Below, piece by piece: positions 55,576 through 64,000 of a stretch of 64,000 bases of DNA. Positions within the stretch are counted from its first letter, which is position 1, and each line of letters starts with the position of its first letter. The DNA comes from an uncultured Pelagibacteraceae bacterium (lineage in GTDB: Bacteria; Pseudomonadota; Alphaproteobacteria; Pelagibacterales; Pelagibacteraceae). The DNA is taken from positions 31,270 through 95,269 of the forward strand of contig CACKUI010000001.1 of assembly GCA_902603305.1 (NCBI GenBank). Reading direction: 5' to 3'. The position numbers were made by a program, and so were the translations under genes. Under the pieces are notes generated by a model. It was not told where the DNA came from and did not search any database. It saw only the letters and a program-made list of their open reading frames with translations.

Positions 55576-56019
55576 ATGAAAAAACTTTTATATCTAAAAG
55601 ATCATCAATTAAAAGAATATATCGAAAAAATATTCAATGGATATAGAGAAACTGTCGCTGATGCTAAAAAGGTTTTAGATAAACATGCTTTAGGAACTGC
55701 CCACAACAAAGTAATTCACCTTATATCTTTGTATGAAGGTATAACTATTTCAAGTTTATTGAGAAAGCTTAAGGTTACGAAACAAAGTTTAAATAGAGTT
55801 CTTAATGATTTAGTAGAGATTAAGGCTATAGAATTTAAAAGAGACGAAATAGATACAAGAGTTAAACATGTATACTTAACAGAAGAAGGAGAAAAAATAT
55901 TTGATGAAATTTTTTCTGCTCAAAAAAAAAGAATTTATGATGCATTTTTAAGTTCTGAATCTGACGATGTTATAAGTTTTGATAAAGTACTTAAAAAAAT
56001 TATTAATGAAAAACTTTAA
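55576..56019 (+). CDS. MarR-family transcriptional regulator (PetP-like)
   Basis: wHTH: LKVTKQSLNRVL...D.R.K.VYLTEEG; divergent from ilvE and upstream of the OmpR/EnvZ pair. Confidence 0.88.
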   Translation: MKKLLYLKDHQLKEYIEKIFNGYRETVADAKKVLDKHALGTAHNKVIHLISLYEGITISSLLRKLKVTKQSLNRVLNDLVEIKAIEFKRDEIDTRVKHVYLTEEGEKIFDEIFSAQKKRIYDAFLSSESDDVISFDKVLKKIINEKL

Positions 56020-56683
56020 AGCGCATATATTAATTGTAGATGATGATGATAGAATTAGAGATCTGGTAAAACAGTATTTAAATCAAAATAATTATCTTGT
56101 TTCAACTGCAAAAGATTCAAATGATGCTTTTGAAAAGACTAAAGTCATTAAATTTGACTTAATAGTGCTAGATATAATGATGCCAGGAAAAACTGGACTA
56201 GAATTTACTCAAGATTATAAAAAAAAAATTGATACGCCAATTTTATTATTAACAGCCAAGGGAGAACCATCAGATAGAATAGAAGGGCTTGAAGTAGGTG
56301 CAGACGATTATTTAACGAAACCTTTTGAACCAAAAGAACTAATTTTAAGAATAAATAATATTTTAAATAAAACTAAATCATTAGAAATAAAAAGAGTTAT
56401 TGAATTCGGCAATATAAAAATAGATCTAAAAAAGCTTTTTATCTTTAAAGATGAACAAAGACTAAAAATAAACAACACTGAAAAACTTATTTTAGAAAAA
56501 ATGATAAATTCTCCTGGCAAGATCTATAAAAGAGATGAAATTGCAAGTTTAATAGATCTAAATAAAGAAAGATCAATAGACGTTATTATTACTAGATTAA
56601 GAAAAAAAATTGAAGAAACTCCAAAAAGTCCTAAATACTTGCAAACAATAAGAGGAGAAGGTTATGTTCTTTGGATTGAATAG
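56006..56683 (+). CDS. OmpR-family response regulator (PetR-like)
   Basis: VDDD, LDIMMPG, LTA, GADDYLTKPF, RSIDV.ITRLRKKIE, TIRGEGY. Start at ATG 56006. Confidence 0.93.
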   Translation: MKNFKAHILIVDDDDRIRDLVKQYLNQNNYLVSTAKDSNDAFEKTKVIKFDLIVLDIMMPGKTGLEFTQDYKKKIDTPILLLTAKGEPSDRIEGLEVGADDYLTKPFEPKELILRINNILNKTKSLEIKRVIEFGNIKIDLKKLFIFKDEQRLKINNTEKLILEKMINSPGKIYKRDEIASLIDLNKERSIDVIITRLRKKIEETPKSPKYLQTIRGEGYVLWIE

Positions 56684-57980
56684 AATTTTAAAGAACATAT
56701 TACCTAAAAGATTATTTTATAGAGGATTACTAATTGTTGCTGTCCCTATATTAATTTTACAAATTACAATTTCTTTAGTTTTTTTTGACAGTTTATGGAT
56801 TAAAACTAATAAAGGCTTAACAAAAGCGCTAGTAAGTGAAATAGTGACTATTATTGATATTTATAACAATGAGAGTGAATATAATAAAAAAATAGTCACC
56901 GACCTTTACAATAAAAATTTTAGCTTTTCCGTAAGGTTTTTAGACAATGAAAAATTACCAGATATAAAAGTTGAAAGATGGTTTAGTCCTATGGATAGGA
57001 CATTGAGAAGAGAATTAAAACCTAAAATTGGTCAGCATTGGTTTAATACAATTTCATACAAGGAAGTTGTAGATTTAAGAATAAAATTTAGAGATGGAGT
57101 TTTACAAATATTTTTTCCCAAGGAGAGAATTCAAGTATCTTCAATAAGAATTTTTGCATTTTGGATTACTGTTCCCGCAATTTTGATGATAGCGGTTGCG
57201 ATGATTTTCTTAAAAAATCAAACTAGACCTATAACAAAATTAGCTCAAGCATCAGAGAGGTTTGGTAGAGGTGAAGATGTTGAAGAGTTTAGGCCATCAG
57301 GAGCTTTGGAAATAAGAAAAGCAGGCCTTGAATTTGAAAAGATGAGAAAAAGAATTCTAAGACATTTAAATCAAAGATCTGAGATGTTATCTGGAATAAG
57401 TCATGATTTAAGAACACCTCTTACAAGAATTAAGCTACAACTTGCTGTTATTAAGGACAAAGATCTTTCAGAAAAAATATCAAAGGATGTTGATGAAATG
57501 GAAAAAATGCTGAATGAATACCTCCAGTTTGCAAGCACAGGCGCTAAAGATAAAACTGAAACTTTTGATATCTCTGAACTTTTGGATGAAATTATTCTGA
57601 AGCATGAAAATGAAAACATTCAGAAAAAAATAAAGAAAAACACGTATTTCAATGGAAGAAGAAATTTAATCACGAGGTGTATCAATAATTTGCTAGATAA
57701 TTCGATTAAGTATGCAGAAAAAATTTCAGTAAATTTAGAAAAAAAAAATTCAACCATTCTCATATCAATTGATGACGACGGACCTGGAGTTAAAAAATCA
57801 GAATTTCAAAATATTACTAAACCATTCTATAAAATTGATAAAAGTAGATCTGAATCAAAATCAAGTGTTGGTTTAGGATTGTCTATATCATCTGACATTA
57901 TAAAGTCTCACGGGGGAGATATAAACTTTAATAAGTCAAAATTAGGTGGTTTGAAAGTAACTATTTCTTTGCCTTATTAG
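56664..57980 (+). CDS. EnvZ-like sensor histidine kinase
   Basis: Two TM helices, HAMP, SHDLRTPL, NLLDN, DDGPG, GLGLSI. Confidence 0.93.
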   Translation: MFFGLNRILKNILPKRLFYRGLLIVAVPILILQITISLVFFDSLWIKTNKGLTKALVSEIVTIIDIYNNESEYNKKIVTDLYNKNFSFSVRFLDNEKLPDIKVERWFSPMDRTLRRELKPKIGQHWFNTISYKEVVDLRIKFRDGVLQIFFPKERIQVSSIRIFAFWITVPAILMIAVAMIFLKNQTRPITKLAQASERFGRGEDVEEFRPSGALEIRKAGLEFEKMRKRILRHLNQRSEMLSGISHDLRTPLTRIKLQLAVIKDKDLSEKISKDVDEMEKMLNEYLQFASTGAKDKTETFDISELLDEIILKHENENIQKKIKKNTYFNGRRNLITRCINNLLDNSIKYAEKISVNLEKKNSTILISIDDDGPGVKKSEFQNITKPFYKIDKSRSESKSSVGLGLSISSDIIKSHGGDINFNKSKLGGLKVTISLPY

Positions 57981-58203
57981 TTTTTTTTCTTTTCTTTTTT
58001 TCTTCTAGTTTTTTTTCAAGATTGCTAATTCTCTTATTCAAAATATCAACTTCTTCTTTACTTGCTAGTTTCATTTTAAATACAATTTCATCTCTCTTTG
58101 ATTTTAGTATTGAAATCACTTCATCAGATACATCTTTGTAATTAATCAGACCTTGTTCAATTAGTTTTGCAAATTTATCGAATACGAATCTTGATTTTGA
58201 CAT
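57961..58203 (-). CDS. UbiK/BMFP-like small coiled-coil accessory protein
   Basis: 80 aa with the pattern MKLASKEEVD.L..RI..LE..L; divergent from lgt as in other Alphaproteobacteria. Confidence 0.65.
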   Translation of the reverse strand: MSKSRFVFDKFAKLIEQGLINYKDVSDEVISILKSKRDEIVFKMKLASKEEVDILNKRISNLEKKLEEKKKRKKTNKAKK

Positions 58204-58253
58204 AATAATTATTTACTAGAATAATATTTAATAGCTTATAATAAATTTTACAA

Positions 58254-59039
58254 ATGTTTACTAATAATTTTGACCCAGTAGCTTTTGAAATATTCTCTTT
58301 AAGCGTCAGGTGGTATTCGCTAGCATATATTTTTGGGATTATTTTTGGCTGGTTATATTGTAAAAAAATACTAATTAAAGATGATATAATTCAAAAATTA
58401 TTTGAAGATTATATTTCATATTTGATAATAGGAATTATTATTGGAGGAAGGCTGGGATATGTAATTTTTTATAATTTTACTTATTTTCTGAATAATCCAA
58501 TTGAAGTTTTTATGATATGGAATGGCGGCATGTCATTCCATGGGGGGTTAATTGGGATAATTTTTACTAGTTATATATTTTCAAAAAAGAATAAGAAGAA
58601 TATATTTATTTTTTTAGATTTAGTATCTGTTACAGCGCCAATAGGTATTTTATTTGGTAGGATTTCAAATTTTATAAATGGAGAATTAGTTGGAAAAGTT
58701 TCGAATTCTAATTGGGGAGTCTTTTTTCCAAACTACGATGATAAATTGAGACACCCTTCTCAATTATATGAAGCATTTTTAGAGGGTATTATTTTATTTA
58801 TTTTAATGAATTTAATTTTTTTTAATAAAAATTATAAAATTGGAACCTGCTCGTTCATGTTCTTAATACTTTATGGATGTTTTAGAATTACTGCTGAAAT
58901 TTTTAGAGAGCCAGATATACAAATTGGATATTTATTTGGACATGTAAGTATGGGAATCCTTTTAAGTGCCATAATGATTTTAGTAGGGTTTTTAATTTAT
59001 TTTAAAAGAAATGATGAAACCAAATCTCAAAAAATTTAA
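58254..59039 (+). CDS. lgt: Prolipoprotein diacylglyceryl transferase
   Basis: RWYSLAY, GGRLGYV.FY, GGMSFHGG, GRISNFINGE, RHPSQLYE, FREPD. Confidence 0.97.
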   Translation: MFTNNFDPVAFEIFSLSVRWYSLAYIFGIIFGWLYCKKILIKDDIIQKLFEDYISYLIIGIIIGGRLGYVIFYNFTYFLNNPIEVFMIWNGGMSFHGGLIGIIFTSYIFSKKNKKNIFIFLDLVSVTAPIGILFGRISNFINGELVGKVSNSNWGVFFPNYDDKLRHPSQLYEAFLEGIILFILMNLIFFNKNYKIGTCSFMFLILYGCFRITAEIFREPDIQIGYLFGHVSMGILLSAIMILVGFLIYFKRNDETKSQKI

Positions 59040-60093
59040 AATTACATCAAAAAAACCTTTACCTATTGATGATTTTATTGAAAAAATTCTATATGAACCT
59101 GAGATAGGTTATTATTCAAGCAAAGATCCATTTGGTAAAAATGGAGATTTTATAACATCCCCTACTATTTCAAATCTATTTTCAGAAATTATAGGCATAT
59201 GGTTGATTTCTGCCTGGGAAAAAATGGGTAAACCTAAAGTATTTAATTTTGTAGAACTTGGACCAGGAGATGGAAGTTTAACTAAAGTTATAATTAGTAC
59301 CTTAACAAAGTTTCCAGAATTAAATAGAGCTATAAAAATTTACTTATATGAGAAAAGTTTATTTTTAAAAAAATTACAAAAGCAAAATATAGATAATAAA
59401 CGAATTAAATGGATCAAAAATTTTCACTCAATAAAAAAGGGACCAGTTATTTTTTTTGGTAATGAGTTTTTTGATGCAATACCAATTAAACAGTTTTCGA
59501 ATATAAATAATGAGTTATTTGAAAAATGTTACTCAGTGAAAGATAATATAGATATAATTGAAAAATTTATAAGAAGTAATAAAAAAGATGTTGCACAAAT
59601 AATGACTTTTGGGACATTAAAAAAACTTAAATTTATTGAATTTCCTAAAAAGGGATTAATGGAATTAAATCCAATCATAAAGAAAATCAATAAACTTTCT
59701 GGTGGTATTTTACTTATAGATTACGGTTATTTGAATAGTAATAACTCAAATACCATTCAGGCAGTAATGGGTAATAAAAAGATTTCAGCTAAGACAATGC
59801 TTAGAAATCTTGGTAAAGCAGATGTTACTTCATTAGTAAATTTTAATTTATTAAAAGAGTATTTCCTTAAAAATAATCTTAAAGTAAAAAAAGTGGTCAC
59901 TCAAAGGTTTTTTCTAGAAAGAATGGGCATAATTGAAAGAGCACAGATTTTACAGAAAAAAATGACTAATAAAGAGCAGAAATATATGAAAGAAACTTTG
60001 TCTCGGCTACTAGAAGAAAAACAAATGGGTAACCTCTTTAAGGTAATTTTTGGATACAAAATTAAAAATAATAATTTTTTTGGCTTTGAATAA
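59011..60093 (+). CDS. MidA/NDUFAF7-family SAM-dependent methyltransferase
   Basis: GYY, GDFITSP, ELGPGDG, NEFFDA.P, IDYG, DVT..VNF, MG.LFKV. Confidence 0.9.
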   Translation: MMKPNLKKFKITSKKPLPIDDFIEKILYEPEIGYYSSKDPFGKNGDFITSPTISNLFSEIIGIWLISAWEKMGKPKVFNFVELGPGDGSLTKVIISTLTKFPELNRAIKIYLYEKSLFLKKLQKQNIDNKRIKWIKNFHSIKKGPVIFFGNEFFDAIPIKQFSNINNELFEKCYSVKDNIDIIEKFIRSNKKDVAQIMTFGTLKKLKFIEFPKKGLMELNPIIKKINKLSGGILLIDYGYLNSNNSNTIQAVMGNKKISAKTMLRNLGKADVTSLVNFNLLKEYFLKNNLKVKKVVTQRFFLERMGIIERAQILQKKMTNKEQKYMKETLSRLLEEKQMGNLFKVIFGYKIKNNNFFGFE

Positions 60094-60845
60094 TGTTTAA
60101 ATCAAAAAAACTTTCTAAGTTTAAAATGATAAGACATGGGTTTTTTAATCGATTGGGAGGTGTCTCAAAAGGTATTTACAAAGGTTTAAATTGTGGTCTA
60201 GGATCTGATGATAAAATAAGAGATGTTAAGAAAAATATTGAAAAAGTTTGCGAAAAAATTGGCTGTAATAAAAATAATCTTGTATTGTTAGATCAAATTC
60301 ATAGTAATAATGTTTATAAATTAAGTAAAATTCCAAAGAAAAAATTAAAAGGTGACTCATTAGTAACAAATAAAAAAGGTATTGCTTTAGGAATTTTGAC
60401 GGCTGATTGTGCTCCTGTGTTTATATATGACCCAGTTAATAATTTAATAAGTGCGCTACATGCGGGATGGAAGGGAGCATACAAAAAAATAGTATCCACT
60501 ACATTAAGAAAATTCAAGTCAAGTGGCAGTAATTTCAATGATTTAATAGTTGTAATTGGACCTTGTATAGGAAAAGATAACTATGAGGTAAGAAATGATT
60601 TCTTGGATAAATTTATTAAACAAAAAAGATCTAATAAAAAATTTTTTAAAACTAAAAGAAATAAAATATATTTCAGTTTAATAGATTATATTAAAGAGCA
60701 ACTTGTGAAATTTGGGGTTAAAAACATTGAAATTATCAAAAAAGATACATATTTATCAAGTAACAACTTTTTCAGTGCCAGGAGATCAATTAAAAATAAA
60801 TTAAATGATTATGGTAGAAATATTTCTGTAATTATGATTAAATAA
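60093..60845 (+). CDS. pgeF: Peptidoglycan editing factor PgeF (YfiH)
   Basis: HGFFNR.GG, QIHS, TADCAP, HAGWKG, IGPCI, FFSARR. Confidence 0.92.
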   Translation: MFKSKKLSKFKMIRHGFFNRLGGVSKGIYKGLNCGLGSDDKIRDVKKNIEKVCEKIGCNKNNLVLLDQIHSNNVYKLSKIPKKKLKGDSLVTNKKGIALGILTADCAPVFIYDPVNNLISALHAGWKGAYKKIVSTTLRKFKSSGSNFNDLIVVIGPCIGKDNYEVRNDFLDKFIKQKRSNKKFFKTKRNKIYFSLIDYIKEQLVKFGVKNIEIIKKDTYLSSNNFFSARRSIKNKLNDYGRNISVIMIK

Positions 60846-60859
60846 GATATTCTCTAAAA

Positions 60860-61792
60860 ATGAAGATTCTCACTGGAAATAGCAATAAACAGCTAAGTAA
60901 TAAAATTTCTAAAAATCTTAAAAATAAATTAGTTAATACCAGTATTAGAAAATTTGCTGATGGTGAGATTTATATTGAGATTAATGAAAATATAAGAGGA
61001 AATAGTATTTTTATAATTCAATCTGTATCCTCTCCAGCGAATGATAACCTGATGGAATTACTTCTTTGCATAGACGCACTTAAAAGATCATCTGCAAAAA
61101 ATATCACTGCAGTAATTCCATATTTTGGGTATGCGAGACAAGATCGTAAAGTTGTACCTAGAACATCTATATCTGCAAAATTAGTATCAAACCTAATAAC
61201 GAATGCAGGAGCTGACAGAGTGGTAACAGTAGATTTGCATGCTGGTCAAATACAAGGTTTTTTTGATATTCCAGTTGATAACCTTTTTGCTACACCAATC
61301 TTTGCAAAGCATATTAAAAGGAAAATTAAAAGTAATAATATTATTTGTGTTGCACCTGATGTGGGAGGAGTTGAAAGAGCGAGAGCTTTAGGAAAAAAAT
61401 TAGATGTTGGATTAGCAATAGTTGACAAAAGAAGACCTAGTCCTGGAAAATCGCAAGTTATGAATGTTATTGGAAATGTTAAAAACAAAATTTGTATTTT
61501 AACAGATGATATAATTGATTCTGGAGGAACAATTGTTAATGCGGCGGACGCTTTAGTAAAAAGAGGTGCAAAAGAAGTTCACGTATATGCAACTCATGGA
61601 GTTTTTAGCGGTGATGCAGTTAAAAAGATAAAAAGTTCAAAAATTAAAAACTTAGTTATTACAGATAGTATTGATAGTTCAGACAAACTTAAAAAAGTAA
61701 GAAATATTGAAGTATTATCAATATCAATATTACTAGCTGAGGCAATTAAAAGGATTTCTAATTCAACATCTGTTTCAGATCTATTTAAATAA
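60860..61792 (+). CDS. prs: Ribose-phosphate pyrophosphokinase
   Basis: [39 protein letters not shown]. Confidence 0.98.
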   Translation: MKILTGNSNKQLSNKISKNLKNKLVNTSIRKFADGEIYIEINENIRGNSIFIIQSVSSPANDNLMELLLCIDALKRSSAKNITAVIPYFGYARQDRKVVPRTSISAKLVSNLITNAGADRVVTVDLHAGQIQGFFDIPVDNLFATPIFAKHIKRKIKSNNIICVAPDVGGVERARALGKKLDVGLAIVDKRRPSPGKSQVMNVIGNVKNKICILTDDIIDSGGTIVNAADALVKRGAKEVHVYATHGVFSGDAVKKIKSSKIKNLVITDSIDSSDKLKKVRNIEVLSISILLAEAIKRISNSTSVSDLFK

Positions 61793-61834
61793 ATCTTGTA
61801 AAATTACTAATCTGCGGTATAAAACCTGCAATTT

Positions 61835-62551
61835 ATGAGCATAATTCAGGCAACAATAAGAGATACAAAAACTAAAGGCCAAGTCAACGACTTAAGAAGT
61901 AAAGGTAATGTTCCAGGTATAGTTTATGGTGGAGAACAGCCAAATGAAAAAATTTCAATTACAACTAAAGAGTTAAAAAATTTAATAAATAAAGAAAATT
62001 TTCTTTCAAATGTAATATCTATTAATTTAGATGGGAAAGAACAAAAAGTTTTAGCAAGAAACATTACTTTTGACACTGTCACTGATGAGCCTATTCATTT
62101 CGACTTAATGAGAATTGTTAAAGGTGGAAAAATTGTTTTAGAAATACCTGTGAAATTTATAAACAATGAACTGTCACCAGGACTTAAACGAGGAGGGGTA
62201 TTAAATATTGTAAGACGTAAGGTAGAATTAAGATGTCCCGCAGAAAATATTCCAACTGAGCTTGTTGTAGATTTAGAGGGTTTAGATATTGGTACAAGTA
62301 TAAAAATTTCTTCAATTAATTTACCAGAAAACGTTACTCCTACGATTCAAGGTAGAGACTTCGTAATTGCAACAGTTGCTGCACCTACAGTAGTCAAAGA
62401 ACCAGAAAAACCAGCAGAGGCAGCTGAAGGTGAGGCTGCAGAAGGAGCAGAAGGAGCTGCAGAAGGTGTTGATAAAACTTCAACTGAAGGTGATAAGGCT
62501 GAGGGTGATAAAACTAAAGAAGAAGATAAATCTTCATCAGACAAAAAATAA
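61835..62551 (+). CDS. rplY: 50S ribosomal protein L25 / general stress protein Ctc
   Basis: VPGIVYGG, HFDL, SPGLKRGGVL, acidic C-terminal tail. Confidence 0.95.
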   Translation: MSIIQATIRDTKTKGQVNDLRSKGNVPGIVYGGEQPNEKISITTKELKNLINKENFLSNVISINLDGKEQKVLARNITFDTVTDEPIHFDLMRIVKGGKIVLEIPVKFINNELSPGLKRGGVLNIVRRKVELRCPAENIPTELVVDLEGLDIGTSIKISSINLPENVTPTIQGRDFVIATVAAPTVVKEPEKPAEAAEGEAAEGAEGAAEGVDKTSTEGDKAEGDKTKEEDKSSSDKK

Positions 62552-62587
62552 TAAATAGTGAAATTTTTTTTCCAGATTTAATTTGAT

Positions 62588-63148
62588 ATGTTGTTACTTG
62601 TTGGTTTAGGAAATCCGACTCCAAATAGTCAAAATAATAGACACAATATTGGTTTTAAGATTGTGGATGCAATTAACCAAAAATTTGGATTATCTAAGCA
62701 AAAACCAAAATTTAAGGGATTATTAACTACCGGAAATATTGGTGATAAAAAAATATATGCAATTAAACCTCTCACATTTATGAATAATTCAGGAATTTGT
62801 ATTAGGGAGCTACTTGAATACTTCAAAATAGATGCAGAAGATGTAATTGTGTTTCATGATGACCTAGATATTGAATTTGGAAAAATTAAGGCAAAGTTTG
62901 GTGGATCAAGCGCAGGTCATAATGGAATAGCATCAATTGACAAATTTATAGGCAAGGAATATTCGAGAGTTCGTATTGGCATAGGAAAGCCAGAAAATAA
63001 AATACCTGTCTCTGATTATGTGCTAAACGACTTTAATGAGGATGAGCAAGTTCATTTGAACTCTATAACAAGTAATATAATTGAGTCTTTAACTATATTG
63101 ATTGACAAAAAATTAGACTTATTTTCTAGTACTGTTAACAATAACTAA
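62588..63148 (+). CDS. pth: Peptidyl-tRNA hydrolase
   Basis: GLGNP, RHNIGF, KPLTFMNNSG, HDDLD, GHNG, RIGIG. Confidence 0.97.
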   Translation: MLLLVGLGNPTPNSQNNRHNIGFKIVDAINQKFGLSKQKPKFKGLLTTGNIGDKKIYAIKPLTFMNNSGICIRELLEYFKIDAEDVIVFHDDLDIEFGKIKAKFGGSSAGHNGIASIDKFIGKEYSRVRIGIGKPENKIPVSDYVLNDFNEDEQVHLNSITSNIIESLTILIDKKLDLFSSTVNNN

Positions 63149-64000
63149 ATGGGTTTTAAATGTGGAATCGTTGGATTGCCAAATGTTGGTAAGTCTACTT
63201 TATTTAACGCTTTAACAAACTCTAATAAAGCACAAGCAGAAAATTTTCCTTTTTGCACAATTGATCCAAACATTGGCATTGTAGCAGTTCCGGATGAAAG
63301 ACTTAATAATCTAGCTAAAATTTCGTCTTCAAAAAAAAAAATTAACACTACAATCTCATTTGTTGATATCGCAGGTCTTGTTAAAGGGGCCTCTAAAGGG
63401 GAGGGATTAGGCAATAAATTCTTATCTCACATAAGAGAAGTTGATGCAATTATTCATATGATTAGATGTTTCGACTCAGATGATATTCAAAATGTTAACC
63501 CTACCGTTGATCCCGTCAGAGATTTAGAGATTATTGAAACTGAAATGAAGTTAGCTGATTTAGAGTCAATTCAAAAAAGACTTGATAAAAAAAATAAAAA
63601 AAATGTTGATATTGAAGAGCTTAAATTACTAGAAGCGGCTCAAAAAATAATAGATGAGGATGGAGATTTTACATTGATCACAAACAAATTTGATGAAAAA
63701 CTTTTAAAAAATAGCGGACTTCTTAGCACTAAACCAAAACTATACGTATGCAATGTAGACGAGGAGAGTATTAAGTCAGGCAACAAATATACTGAGGAAT
63801 TTATAAAAAAATTTGATGAAAAAAATACATTGATAATTTCTGCAGATATAGAAAATCAAATAAACCAATTAGAGAACGAAAATGAAAAAAAAAATTATAT
63901 GAAAATGATCAATATGTCAGAGACAGGACTCAATTCATTAATAAGAAAAGGATACGATCTTTTATCCTTACAAACTTTTTTTACATCTGGACCAGAGGAG
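63149..64000 (+). CDS. ychF: Redox-regulated ATPase YchF (3'-truncated by the window end)
   Basis: Not in the ORF track. ATG at 63149 reads MGFKCGIVGLPNVGKSTLFNALT...NFPFCTIDPN...DIAGLVKGASKGEGLGNKFL, and the window ends in TFFTSGPEE. Confidence 0.97.
   Translation, partial: MGFKCGIVGLPNVGKSTLFNALTNSNKAQAENFPFCTIDPNIGIVAVPDERLNNLAKISSSKKKINTTISFVDIAGLVKGASKGEGLGNKFLSHIREVDAIIHMIRCFDSDDIQNVNPTVDPVRDLEIIETEMKLADLESIQKRLDKKNKKNVDIEELKLLEAAQKIIDEDGDFTLITNKFDEKLLKNSGLLSTKPKLYVCNVDEESIKSGNKYTEEFIKKFDEKNTLIISADIENQINQLENENEKKNYMKMINMSETGLNSLIRKGYDLLSLQTFFTSGPEE

Noticed and set aside
62400-62530. Quasi-tandem GCAGAAGG/GAAGGTGA repeats
   Set aside because: They encode the low-complexity AEG/EGDK tail of L25/Ctc; not a CRISPR array or independent repeat.

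Overview
A very AT-rich, extremely gene-dense alphaproteobacterial chromosome segment. Gene order, protein content and near-absent intergenic DNA point to SAR11 / Ca. Pelagibacter, which is my inference, not a database result. Almost all of it is core genome: asmA-like (partial), uvrD, aminopeptidase P, ligA-bamD-lpxC, a rearranged dcw cluster (mraZ-ftsZ-rsmH-ftsL-ftsI-murE/F fusion-mraY-murD-ftsW-murG-murC-murB-ddl-ftsQ-ftsA), RNase P RNA, an amidase, mlaA/mlaC, yqeY-dnaG-rpoD, carAB, trxB, aspartate aminotransferase, uvrB-SDR-folB-uvrC-pgsA, ilvE, MarR-OmpR-EnvZ, and lgt-midA-pgeF-prs-rplY-pth-ychF (partial). One accessory region of about 3.6 kb lies between tRNA-Ile2(CAT) and tRNA-Val(GAC). 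It holds an integrase-free cassette bounded by a 44-bp direct repeat of the 5' half of tRNA-Ile2 (38/44 identical). The cassette carries a coupled two-gene module of unknown function: a BFD-type [2Fe-2S] motif fused to His-tipped beta-rich repeats, plus a related partner protein. A separate SAM methyltransferase lies next to it. Other notable items are a tRNA-Val(GAC) with a co-varied non-canonical D/T-loop elbow, a two-gene circularly permuted ATP-grasp/Anbu-peptidase locus, ftsZ moved away from a degenerate ftsA, and a 4-codon uORF plus palindrome at the carA start. I saw no CRISPR array, integrase, transposase or rRNA.
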